Of a stretch of 64,000 bases of DNA, positions 10,002 through 19,166 are shown one piece after another (position 1 is the first letter of the stretch; each line of letters begins with the position of its first letter). The stretch is taken from IMG/VR virus record IMGVR_UViG_3300028844_005445, positions 4,731 through 68,730 of that record, one strand, 5' to 3'. The position numbers and the translations under genes were made by a program. Source of the DNA: a virus. The notes under the pieces are model-generated. The model was not told the DNA's origin, made no database searches, and saw only the letters and a list, made by a program, of their open reading frames with translations.

Positions 10002-10193
10002 ATGAAAACTCACAAGCCTACGAATTATACAATTAATTTTGAGCAAGAAGATTTAAAGGAATATTATGTACGTCAATGGGTATGGAAGTGGGTGGAACAA
10101 TTTCATCCGGAAGCGTTTACAAAAGCTCGTGAATTTGTAAAAGCTAATTGGAGTAAAAATAATGTTGAAAACACCAGTGAGGAGCCTATATAA
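10002..10193 (+). CDS. hypothetical protein
   Basis: 63 aa ORF after promoter. Confidence 0.6.
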   Translation: MKTHKPTNYTINFEQEDLKEYYVRQWVWKWVEQFHPEAFTKAREFVKANWSKNNVENTSEEPI

Positions 10194-10200
10194 TATCTGT

Positions 10201-10869
10201 ATGAAGACAAATATTGTCAAATTGTTAGCCTTTGTAGCAGCAGCTACTCTGGCCATTAGTGTTAACGCCGCAGACAAAGCGCCTATCTCAGGTTCAGTCA
10301 GCACCGGCTATGCCACAGAGAACTTTTACCGTGGAGCCGATCTTGGAGATGATACTCTAAAGGTAGGTGCAGAACTTCGAGGAGGAGTCGCTGGGTTAAA
10401 TGCATTCGGTAGCGTGGTAACAGATCAGTCGATCGATGGAGACGCTGATCAATACTACATCACTGCAGGTATCGCGAGCCAATTATTTGGATTGGATTTG
10501 GCCACCGGTTACTTGCACACCGAGGGTGTACCTGGAGATGCTACAGGCGAATTGTTTGCTAGACTCACAGCTGATAAACTGCTCAACCTGTCAGGTGTTG
10601 TTTACTACGAGCTCGATGATGAGTTGTGGACAACCGAGATTGGTGTGAGTGAAACAATCGACTTGGATCTTGTGTCCGTCACCGGTCGTGCTACAGTAGG
10701 TAACACGGAGGTTACCAACAGCAATGACCGTACTTACTATGTTGTAGGTGCGGACCTTCGACGCGGACTAGTGGAAGATGTTGATCTAGTTGCTGGAGTG
10801 GAATATGTCGATGCCGACGATAGAGAGGACGACACGCTATTCCATGCTGGTTTACAGGTCAAATTCTAA
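10201..10869 (+). CDS. outer-membrane beta-barrel protein / putative porin
   Basis: signal peptide MKTNIVKLLAFVAAATLAISVNAA; FYRGAD motif; alternating beta strands; C-terminal GLQVKF beta-signal. Confidence 0.85.
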   Translation: MKTNIVKLLAFVAAATLAISVNAADKAPISGSVSTGYATENFYRGADLGDDTLKVGAELRGGVAGLNAFGSVVTDQSIDGDADQYYITAGIASQLFGLDLATGYLHTEGVPGDATGELFARLTADKLLNLSGVVYYELDDELWTTEIGVSETIDLDLVSVTGRATVGNTEVTNSNDRTYYVVGADLRRGLVEDVDLVAGVEYVDADDREDDTLFHAGLQVKF

Positions 10870-10899
10870 TCTTTGATCTAGTAGTAATAGTAATGTGTG

Positions 10900-10929
10900 A
10901 GCCCTGGTAGAAATACCAGGGCTTTTTTT
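10900..10929 (+). terminator. rho-independent terminator
   Basis: AGCCCTGGTA-GAAA-TACCAGGGCT perfect stem plus T run. Confidence 0.92.
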
Positions 10930-10932
10930 GTA

Positions 10933-10940
10933 TATAAATA
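10933..10940 (+). promoter_or_regulatory. T4-type late promoter
   Basis: TATAAATA right after the terminator. Confidence 0.6.
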
Positions 10941-10941
10941 C

Positions 10942-11553
10942 ATGAGTATTGGTTATGTTTGTGAACCTCGTGACAGTATAACATTGATAATGTCCAAATT
11001 TTGGACTCCTATCGGGGTGACTACAGCTCAAGACAGTGTGAGAAAATTGGTCAGAGAGTCTGGAAAAAAACGAGGTGATCAGTCCATGTTCGCGCTGGAT
11101 AAACATTGCAACATAAAGGACTGGAGACAGTGGGTCGAATCGTCACATGATGAACTGTATGACAATCAACCATACATGAGGTCCAAACATCATCGATTCC
11201 CAGTACCTACAATCATATTGACCACAACCAAATGGACATATAACTGCAAAAGAAAGCCTACATTACGGTACATGTACAAGCGGTACCGCGGTGTTTGTCA
11301 AATCTGTGGAGAACATAAACCGTTGACTGACATGAGCGTTGAACATATTTTTCCTAAAAGTCTACACGGTACTAACGATGATTACAACCTGACACTCACG
11401 TGTAAACCATGCAATCATACAAGAGGTAACATTTTTCCGTTTTTTTCGGAGAGTGGAGAACCTTTGGAACCGTTACCTCAATTACCGTTTTTACATGTTT
11501 TTGGTAGTTATCGCGACGAGTGGAAGACGTATTTTGTGGCGAAACTAGACTAA
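10942..11553 (+). CDS. HNH endonuclease (McrA-like)
   Basis: CQICG...SVEHIFPKSLHGTNDDYNLTLTCKPCNHTRGN; start uncertain. Confidence 0.88.
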   Translation: MSIGYVCEPRDSITLIMSKFWTPIGVTTAQDSVRKLVRESGKKRGDQSMFALDKHCNIKDWRQWVESSHDELYDNQPYMRSKHHRFPVPTIILTTTKWTYNCKRKPTLRYMYKRYRGVCQICGEHKPLTDMSVEHIFPKSLHGTNDDYNLTLTCKPCNHTRGNIFPFFSESGEPLEPLPQLPFLHVFGSYRDEWKTYFVAKLD

Positions 11554-11561
11554 ATATACAT

Positions 11562-11972
11562 GTGAAAGGGATAAAAACAACAACACCGGGCTTGCCAGAG
11601 AATTTAGATGTTCCTAAATTCAAAGCACAGATACCAGAATACATGTTAGATGGAATGGATAACCACAACAAGTTTCTGTTGGAGCAGATATCAATAATGA
11701 AGCAACAGAACGAATGGCAGACAGACATGGTGTATAAAATATACAACTACACAAAAACAATTAACGGTAAAGTAATTGAATTGGAACACTTTAGACAGAG
11801 GCTCAACATGGAGCTCGAGCTAGATGAAAAGTGGAACGAGCGGCAACAAGAGACCGCTAAATGGAAACGATGGGTGGTCATAGCGTTTGTCACGCTCGGT
11901 TACCCCATATACTTGGCGATTTTCAACCACATCGGTCTAGCGAAAGTGTTTGAAAACCTGCTCAAGATTTAA
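11562..11972 (+). CDS. membrane protein with C-terminal TM helix
   Basis: GTG after TAAATA; WVVIAFVTLGYPIYLAIF. Confidence 0.6.
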   Translation: MKGIKTTTPGLPENLDVPKFKAQIPEYMLDGMDNHNKFLLEQISIMKQQNEWQTDMVYKIYNYTKTINGKVIELEHFRQRLNMELELDEKWNERQQETAKWKRWVVIAFVTLGYPIYLAIFNHIGLAKVFENLLKI

Positions 11973-11980
11973 ATAATTAT

Positions 11981-13354
11981 ATGTTAGAACATGCAAATCA
12001 AAAGCTATTCATAGCTTTTCTAGGTTTCAGTGCGTTGTTTATCGCAGGGTGCGCTGCATTCTTCAGTGTACGTGGTATATCGTTACTATTTGCCGGGAGC
12101 ATGATACCTGTTGCGATCATGGCCACTAGTTTGGAAATTGGTAAACTGATGACCGCTAGTTTTTTATACAGGCAATGGAGTCGGTGCAAGTTTTTGATGA
12201 AGTTTTATCTGTCATTAGCAACTGTGTTGCTCATAGGCATCACATCATTAGGTGTGTACGGTTATTTGAGTGATGCGTTTGACAAGACAATGACACAAGT
12301 TAGTCTATATGAATCAAACATAGCTCAGCTCGAAAAACAAAATCAAACATACGAGAAAGAGATAGCCAAAATAGAAGGTGCCGCAAACAGCATCGACAAC
12401 AAAGCCAACGAGAGTATCGAGAGATATCAAAAAATTTATGATGATTATGTCGCAGGACAGCGTGCTAGACAAGACAGTCTACGTGACCGGCTTAAAAAAC
12501 TAGACGATTCAGTTGCTGCGATTGAAGCAGAAAAGGGTGGTTTTTTCAGTGATAAGACCACAAGATTAAAAAAATTAAAAGAATTTCAAGTACCAGAACG
12601 TACCAGCATCGATGCAAGTTTAGCGGAAATCGATGGAAATATTGATGTTGAATATAAAAAATTCTTAACCAAGGTGGAGAAGTTAAGAGAAACTACGGAG
12701 CAGGTACCAGACAACGTTGAAGATGTGAACAGTATATATGTTAAGATACGTGAAGGGGAACAAGAGATACTCACGCTCCGTGAGAGTATACGGGACACAG
12801 ACATTGGTAGTTTTAAATTTATTGCTCGGTCTTTTGATGTGGAGTTGGAAGACGTTGTTAAATGGTTCATCATGATCATATGTGCAGTGTTTGACCCGTT
12901 GGCTGTTGTACTTATTGTGGCCTTGAACATGATGATAGCCGGGAATTGGGAAAGGGTTAAAAAAGTCGATTCAGAAAAAAAAACTATTCAAGTAACAACT
13001 CAAATAACAACCACAAGCCAACCTCCGATAGAAACAACATATACGACAGTAACAACGACAACACCTACCACGACTACAACTAGAGATCCTGGTAAAGTAC
13101 ATGTTCAGTGGCATGCTGATACTGACATGATGAACACAGTACCCATCGAAGATAAAAACATGGCTCATGTGCTAGCGCAATCGACAGAGGCTAAACAACA
13201 AGAAAAGATTGTCGAGAGAATTGTTGAAGTTGAAAAAATTGTTGAAGTACCTACAGAAGTAGAAAAAATTGTTGAAGTTGAAAAGGTAGTTTATGATCAA
13301 AATCCGTTAACGGGGTTGAAAGAATATTGGAAAAAAAGAAAAGAAAATAATTGA
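11981..13354 (+). CDS. multi-pass membrane protein with long coiled coil, Thr-rich and EKIVEV repeats
   Basis: three N-terminal TM segments, coiled coil, VFDPLAV TM segment, low-complexity tail. Confidence 0.8.
   Translation: MLEHANQKLFIAFLGFSALFIAGCAAFFSVRGISLLFAGSMIPVAIMATSLEIGKLMTASFLYRQWSRCKFLMKFYLSLATVLLIGITSLGVYGYLSDAFDKTMTQVSLYESNIAQLEKQNQTYEKEIAKIEGAANSIDNKANESIERYQKIYDDYVAGQRARQDSLRDRLKKLDDSVAAIEAEKGGFFSDKTTRLKKLKEFQVPERTSIDASLAEIDGNIDVEYKKFLTKVEKLRETTEQVPDNVEDVNSIYVKIREGEQEILTLRESIRDTDIGSFKFIARSFDVELEDVVKWFIMIICAVFDPLAVVLIVALNMMIAGNWERVKKVDSEKKTIQVTTQITTTSQPPIETTYTTVTTTTPTTTTTRDPGKVHVQWHADTDMMNTVPIEDKNMAHVLAQSTEAKQQEKIVERIVEVEKIVEVPTEVEKIVEVEKVVYDQNPLTGLKEYWKKRKENN
13200..13290 (+). 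repeat. EKIVEV-coding degenerate tandem repeat
   Basis: gaaaaaattgttgaagt-like units repeated. Confidence 0.7.
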
Positions 13355-13379
13355 AACTTTAATTTACATAATATATAAT
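13351..13379 (+). promoter_or_regulatory. sigma70-type promoter
   Basis: TTGAAA-17nt-TATAAT, 7 nt before ATG 13387. Confidence 0.7.
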
Positions 13380-13386
13380 ATATGAT

Positions 13387-13809
13387 ATGAGTAATGGAAA
13401 AGGTAGTAAGCAAAGACCTACAAATATAAAAAAGTATGGTAAAAATTACGATAAAGCATTTAAGAAAAAAATAAAGAAAGCTGCTCAAGAAGCGAACGTT
13501 AATATAGATCCGGACACTGGAACTATTACAGTTTCAAATAAAGCTGGTACAATCAAGACTAAGGAACGTAAGATTGTTATCAAACGTGAATATACGGACC
13601 AAAACGGTATAGAAATGTGTATTGTCAATATTGATGATGCCATGACAAACAAGACCATGGAAAAAAGGATGTTGAAAGCTCTTGAGCATGGTATTGTAAA
13701 TGATGAGCACCCAGAAGCTATCAAAGCTGTACTACAAGAGAAAGAGATGGTAGCAAAGCTAGAAAAACAGTTGAAAGAGAAGAAATCTAGTAAAAGTAAA
13801 ACTAAATAA
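13387..13809 (+). CDS. basic hypothetical protein
   Basis: GKGSKQRP...YGKNYDKAF N-terminus. Confidence 0.65.
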   Translation: MSNGKGSKQRPTNIKKYGKNYDKAFKKKIKKAAQEANVNIDPDTGTITVSNKAGTIKTKERKIVIKREYTDQNGIEMCIVNIDDAMTNKTMEKRMLKALEHGIVNDEHPEAIKAVLQEKEMVAKLEKQLKEKKSSKSKTK

Positions 13810-13816
13810 CTATATC

Positions 13817-14320
13817 ATGATATCGGCAGAAATAAGTAAAAGATTAACCGAGGGATTGGCCAAACTCAGAGCCATAACAGAACCTACGCAGAGTATAGGC
13901 GATGTTAATTACTATACAGAGTACAACTCTCAAGAAACAGAAGAACAGGTCTATGAAAAAGAGCACCCGGAGCAAATGACGTTTTGTTATGATACGGAAG
14001 AGACTCCTATGACACAGGATGAAATTTATAGTCAAACCGAGCTTTACCAACCGGACATGTGCTATGCACAAAAGCCTGTTCATCAGAACGATCTCAAAGT
14101 TACTTTAGATGGCTACAAGAAGTGGTATCAGGATGTGATCGATGATGCCCGGGCATGGGCCGATAAACCCAGCGATAAGAAGAAGATTGCTACGGCAATT
14201 GAATATGTGTTCGAGACAGCCAAGACCGCGCCTAGGGTCAATAACAAACTAACCGATCGCCTCAAGCATGATGAACTGATGAGGATAGTTTCGAAATTAG
14301 TTAAATTTACAAAAAATTAA
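13817..14320 (+). CDS. hypothetical late protein
   Basis: CTAAATA upstream; 167 aa. Confidence 0.6.
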   Translation: MISAEISKRLTEGLAKLRAITEPTQSIGDVNYYTEYNSQETEEQVYEKEHPEQMTFCYDTEETPMTQDEIYSQTELYQPDMCYAQKPVHQNDLKVTLDGYKKWYQDVIDDARAWADKPSDKKKIATAIEYVFETAKTAPRVNNKLTDRLKHDELMRIVSKLVKFTKN

Positions 14321-16911
14321 CGTTTAGGTGGTTTTCCGTACTTACCCTTCGCTACGGATTTAGCATCTCCACACTTTTTCTCATGCCGGACCGGTTCAGC
14401 TGGTACACGGCCTTTTTTGTAATCATTACATTTTTTACCCTTGGTCCTAACATCATGATGCTCTCGATGTAATGTTAATGGTAAGTTCCTGAATAGATGA
14501 CTATGCGACCAAACACCTACACAGTTAGGGTCACTAGCGAACGCCGGGCCGAAATTCGCTTTTACTGGAATAGGTAACGGGTTGTAAACCGGGCAGCATG
14601 CTCCAATCAACACACGACCAGGTGGTATCCAAGCAACAACTCTATTAGCAAGTGTTGTACCTGTAACGTCTGTCTCTTCTGTCTGTTGTATTTCGCACGG
14701 AGCGGTCACATGATTCAAGCTCACTTCACCTTCCACGTGCATACCACCACCTACAACAACATTTGTTTTAACCCCTAAATTACCATCAACCAACACTTGC
14801 TCGTCTTGTGTTTTATCCTTTTCGTTTCGTGCTCGTAAACACAATATATCAGCCGATATATTCAGCCTTCTACCACCATCTATATTAGTTTCAAATTCAG
14901 AACCTATGTTCACTTGATTACCAGATATGTTGGTTATAGTACCGCCGATGTCTACGGGACCATAGCTTTTCATGCTCAAACCTCCGGCTCCAACCTGTAC
15001 ATTGAACCGGTTACAAACATTCAGTGTGTAATTACCCCCTGGTAGTTCATCAACGTGTACGTACTCAATCATTGGGCTTTCTCGTTGATTAGTAAACACA
15101 CCTTCTTTGTGAACAACTATTTCATTGTTATGAATTTTACCTACTTTATCTACACGTATGTTACCGAAATCATTCATCACCAAGCCGATAGTCTCTATTT
15201 TGTGTTTAGTTATATCTACAATTTCATTACCTCCTAGACCCATCATGCGTTCCGCGTCGCTTAGCTTTTCTATATTGGCTTTTAAATATGTATCTAAATC
15301 TTTTTTAAGACTCTCATTGGACCAGCTCCCATCCATAGTACTTGGGCTTTTACCGCTACCTTTACAACATGGACATTTATCGCCAAATATTTTCCCACTA
15401 GCTCCGGCTTTTTTAAACTGCGATTTCTTTTGTTCCCCCTTCGGGTTACATTCCTGGTATTTATCAGCACCATCGTCTTGACCAGTAGAGCTCATACGGC
15501 CCCCGAGCATAGCAGCTTCCCCGGGGCCCCAAGTTTGTCCTTTGTCCCCGGCGCGGATTTGTGTAACCTCTGTACTGTTAAATTTGTTGTTCAAGTGCCA
15601 GTATTTTTCTTGTGTACCATGACCACCAGGAGTGGTTACTTTGGCTGAGCATACAGGGCATGCACTATGACTACCGCTTTTTGTTTGTTGACCACTTGTC
15701 AATTTTCTGTTGTTATCTTTGATAGCGGCGGTACGTTTTATTTCAAACAGTTGTTTGTAATCTGCAATCACCGAGCCTATCTCATACCACTTTTTGATAT
15801 ATTCTTCCTTCATGTTACCAATCTTCCGGTAACTATCACCACGAATTATACTATCAACATCATGCTCCACGTACAGGTTTTGATAACCTCTCACAGTTAA
15901 ATACTGATCTTCAAGTACAAGCTTTTGGTCATTATGGGTAGCGAGCTCTGTTGTTGTATGATTGTTAAATTCCTTGAATGAACCACTGTAGTGTGTGAAC
16001 TTCATGATCTCTTTGTTATCACTGTTGATGATTTCAATAACTCCACCTTTTTGATTCAATACATATTTGTTACGATACTGTTCGGTGTTATGGTCGTATT
16101 GGTCGTCATCCGCTGGTGATTTGTTCTCGTAAGTACCTGGGTAGTCAATACCTTCGTCTTTGTCTTCCCCTAATGTATCATATATACCTTTCCACTCTTC
16201 TTGGCCAAATGTGGTTGCCCAAAAGACTGGATCCTGTGGATTACCTTCCCGGAAGAACACCCATACATGAGCACCTACATTGGGTATGGAAAAACTACCT
16301 TTAGCGCAATTGCTGTAACTACTAGGTGTGTAATTGTAACTGTATTTGTTTATTCGAAGTTCTGGCCATTGAGTAACGTTATGTTTGTTACTACCACCTT
16401 TTTCACTGTAACCGAGTCCCATCTTCCCGGCTTTGTCATAGTTACCGGTTCCGCCATTATCATTCCAAGCATCTGTCAACTTGAGCTCTTCAACTTCATA
16501 CACACGACCGGGTTTCTCTCCAATACCGTCTTTGTTCAAAGCAAATTTTGAATCTGGGTCCTTAACTTTACCTGTAGGGTCCACTTCCGGGTCGACTTCT
16601 TCAAGTCTGTTACTATCAGAAATACTACCTGTTTTGTTATGAGCATTGTACCTACCACTACCGACTGCTCCTTGTATTGGTGCAGCATATTCAGCCCAAG
16701 GTAATATGTCTTTCAGATCATCCATCACCTCATTCAAACTACTGGTTAAGTTCTCACCCATGAAACGGAATCTCTTGTCTCTAGGTACCTTGTTCCATTT
16801 TTCATACAATGTAACAGACACGTGAGGTACGTAAATCTTGCAACGACCTCTCTTGTCAGGGTCATTGTTTTGTATTACAATACCTATATAATTACCGTAG
16901 TATTTTTTCAT
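14317..16911 (-). CDS. baseplate hub/central spike protein (gp5/VgrG-like)
   Basis: YIGIVIQNNDPDKRGRCKIYVP OB-fold start; PNVGAHVWVFFREGNPQDPV; HYSGSFKEF; beta-helix repeats; C-terminal HSH. Confidence 0.85.
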   Translation of the reverse strand: MKKYYGNYIGIVIQNNDPDKRGRCKIYVPHVSVTLYEKWNKVPRDKRFRFMGENLTSSLNEVMDDLKDILPWAEYAAPIQGAVGSGRYNAHNKTGSISDSNRLEEVDPEVDPTGKVKDPDSKFALNKDGIGEKPGRVYEVEELKLTDAWNDNGGTGNYDKAGKMGLGYSEKGGSNKHNVTQWPELRINKYSYNYTPSSYSNCAKGSFSIPNVGAHVWVFFREGNPQDPVFWATTFGQEEWKGIYDTLGEDKDEGIDYPGTYENKSPADDDQYDHNTEQYRNKYVLNQKGGVIEIINSDNKEIMKFTHYSGSFKEFNNHTTTELATHNDQKLVLEDQYLTVRGYQNLYVEHDVDSIIRGDSYRKIGNMKEEYIKKWYEIGSVIADYKQLFEIKRTAAIKDNNRKLTSGQQTKSGSHSACPVCSAKVTTPGGHGTQEKYWHLNNKFNSTEVTQIRAGDKGQTWGPGEAAMLGGRMSSTGQDDGADKYQECNPKGEQKKSQFKKAGASGKIFGDKCPCCKGSGKSPSTMDGSWSNESLKKDLDTYLKANIEKLSDAERMMGLGGNEIVDITKHKIETIGLVMNDFGNIRVDKVGKIHNNEIVVHKEGVFTNQRESPMIEYVHVDELPGGNYTLNVCNRFNVQVGAGGLSMKSYGPVDIGGTITNISGNQVNIGSEFETNIDGGRRLNISADILCLRARNEKDKTQDEQVLVDGNLGVKTNVVVGGGMHVEGEVSLNHVTAPCEIQQTEETDVTGTTLANRVVAWIPPGRVLIGACCPVYNPLPIPVKANFGPAFASDPNCVGVWSHSHLFRNLPLTLHREHHDVRTKGKKCNDYKKGRVPAEPVRHEKKCGDAKSVAKGKYGKPPKR

Positions 16912-17735
16912 TTGTTATCAACAAAGTCTTTGACCTTTCCAGCTAAACCGGCACGGCCCAGGGCATCGTTTTTCATGTCGCGGCGCGCCTGGTTACATTG
17001 TTGATCTATGAAGCGTTGTAATGCGTTTTTATCACCTTTGAGGATTTGTCTCATCACTGGTGGTAATTTCTTGTAAATACCATCTAGTACTTGGTCTTGA
17101 GCTTTTTTAGCGTTACCTATGTCTCTCATTTTCTTTTTGTTACCTTTGATCTTATTCAATAAACCTTGTAATTGATCGTCCAAACCAGCGCGGTCGGCTA
17201 TCATTGCTGCACCGGTGAGTGCTGCTTTTTTCGCTAATCCTTTTAAATCTCCGGCTCCAATACCATCTTTCAACAAACTCTCTGCAGCTCCGGAGCCGAT
17301 ACCACCGAGCATCTTGGCAAATTGTTTTGGAGACATTTCACCATTCACAACAGCTTGTATTGTTTTACTCACCTCATCACATACCTTATCACCAGCTCTG
17401 TCAATCGTTCTATCTATTTGCCGGGCTTGGTTTCTCGGGTTACGGATATCTTTAATACTATCATTTGTCACTCCCTCTAAAATTTTGCTCTTCTCATCCA
17501 GCTCAGCTTGTGCTGGGTTTTTTTGTTTAAATTTACCCAAGTCTAAACCTAATGTATTTGTAGCTTCTTCTTCATTACCATCATCTTCACCAATACCAGC
17601 TTCTTCTGCTTCATTAGCATATTCAGAAAACTCTAGACCTTGGCTATTCATGTAAGCCAAGAATGCGTCTTGTTGATTGTCCCGGGCGCTAGACCCTAGT
17701 ACACTATCTTTGATCAAATCTGTAGGACCAGCCAT
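16908..17735 (-). CDS. hypothetical helical protein in tail cluster
   Basis: 275 aa, coupled to gp5-like gene. Confidence 0.7.
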   Translation of the reverse strand: MAGPTDLIKDSVLGSSARDNQQDAFLAYMNSQGLEFSEYANEAEEAGIGEDDGNEEEATNTLGLDLGKFKQKNPAQAELDEKSKILEGVTNDSIKDIRNPRNQARQIDRTIDRAGDKVCDEVSKTIQAVVNGEMSPKQFAKMLGGIGSGAAESLLKDGIGAGDLKGLAKKAALTGAAMIADRAGLDDQLQGLLNKIKGNKKKMRDIGNAKKAQDQVLDGIYKKLPPVMRQILKGDKNALQRFIDQQCNQARRDMKNDALGRAGLAGKVKDFVDNK

Positions 17736-17736
17736 A

Positions 17737-19122
17737 TTAATCTAGGTTATCGTAACTACCAGTCAGTGGTCTAGTTTCTAAGTCTATTGTACCGAACAAC
17801 GGTACCCCGTACCAATGACATGCACCGGCGACTTTGTTCTGAGTCTCAGAACCCATTTTACTCACAGCAAGGTACAGTGTAGGGACACCGTTGTATAAAT
17901 TCCATCTAATCTCCCCTATATTGGCAGCAAATTGTCTTGCCCCGATTTTGTTTTCTGATGCATAATTGTATGTAGAGTCAGTTAAGTCGACCTCATCCAT
18001 GTGTTTACCACCTAACACAACAGGAGATTTGAACACTGTCCTGTAATTACTCTTGCTATTGATTCCGGAATCAACATCATTATGATCACTGGCGTCATTC
18101 CCGGTAGAGATATTATTGACTAATTTTATATGTTTGTTATCAGCTACTTTTACATCAGCTAGCCCCGGGGAAGGACTACCGGTGATCAACACACTACCCC
18201 CTGTGTTACTACCTCCTTGATCTTGAACGAATGGTCCTTGAGCTGCAACTACTGTCTCGCTCACACTTTTAACATTCAAATTATTAGAGTTATGATATTC
18301 GAGATTTGTTACAGATGGAGAAGCATCCGAACTTGTTATAAATTTATGGTTTACACTGGTTACTGTATCAGTAGGGTTCAAAGTTCTTGTTACAGTTGTT
18401 ACAGCCGAGCTAACGTCTGTTAGTTTCAATCCGGAGCTTGGATTGATACCACCAGTTGTACTGACAGATAATACATTACCAAATTCAGAAACAGAACTGG
18501 TTAAGCTACTCTCTCCTTGTAATAAAGCGTCTGTATTGAAAGCGAAGCTCAATTTACCGTCAGGTGCTACAGTTACTACTCTACCGGCAAACGCGGTTGT
18601 GGTTATAGGTGCGATTGATGCAAGACTAGCGAAGGAAGTTGAGTACCCTTGCAATTTACCATTACTATCTGCAACTAACAAACCATATGGTACTGTGGCT
18701 GTACCAGCTGAGTTACGGAAAAGAGAAGGATAAGTTGCTGAACCAACTTTGATATCACTAGTGAAATTACCGGTATCTAGTGTGATAGATGACATGTTCA
18801 CATCTCCTTCAAATATACATTTACCAGACACGCGGAGTGTATTAGCGACGGTCACAGTGTCCATTTTTACCGTGAATGTACTACCCTCATGTGTAGCGCG
18901 ACCAATTGTCAATGTGTTTGTTTCGTCGGCTAAATTTTGATCTTGTTGTAACACAAATCGTTGTAATTCACGTGTAGTGACGGCCATGGATGTTTTGACA
19001 GTTAAATCTAATTTGTTAGTTACCGCTATTGGTAAGTAATCATTTTTAGTTAAAGATAAGTCTCCCGTCTGGTTGTACCCAATTTTTGGAAGTTCACTAA
19101 TTTTTATCCTTTTGTTAGCCAT
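17737..19122 (-). CDS. probable virion structural/fibre protein
   Basis: IKISELP N-terminus; S/T/G-rich beta composition; TAAATA upstream. Confidence 0.65.
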   Translation of the reverse strand: MANKRIKISELPKIGYNQTGDLSLTKNDYLPIAVTNKLDLTVKTSMAVTTRELQRFVLQQDQNLADETNTLTIGRATHEGSTFTVKMDTVTVANTLRVSGKCIFEGDVNMSSITLDTGNFTSDIKVGSATYPSLFRNSAGTATVPYGLLVADSNGKLQGYSTSFASLASIAPITTTAFAGRVVTVAPDGKLSFAFNTDALLQGESSLTSSVSEFGNVLSVSTTGGINPSSGLKLTDVSSAVTTVTRTLNPTDTVTSVNHKFITSSDASPSVTNLEYHNSNNLNVKSVSETVVAAQGPFVQDQGGSNTGGSVLITGSPSPGLADVKVADNKHIKLVNNISTGNDASDHNDVDSGINSKSNYRTVFKSPVVLGGKHMDEVDLTDSTYNYASENKIGARQFAANIGEIRWNLYNGVPTLYLAVSKMGSETQNKVAGACHWYGVPLFGTIDLETRPLTGSYDNLD

Positions 19123-19166
19123 GCTAATATTATTTAATTAAAAGATTTAGTTTAACAACATTTATA

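Noticed and set aside
10942-11553. HNH gene as a mobile homing element
   Set aside because: No intron context, flanking repeats or DNA-binding accessory domains seen; treated as a free-standing nuclease.
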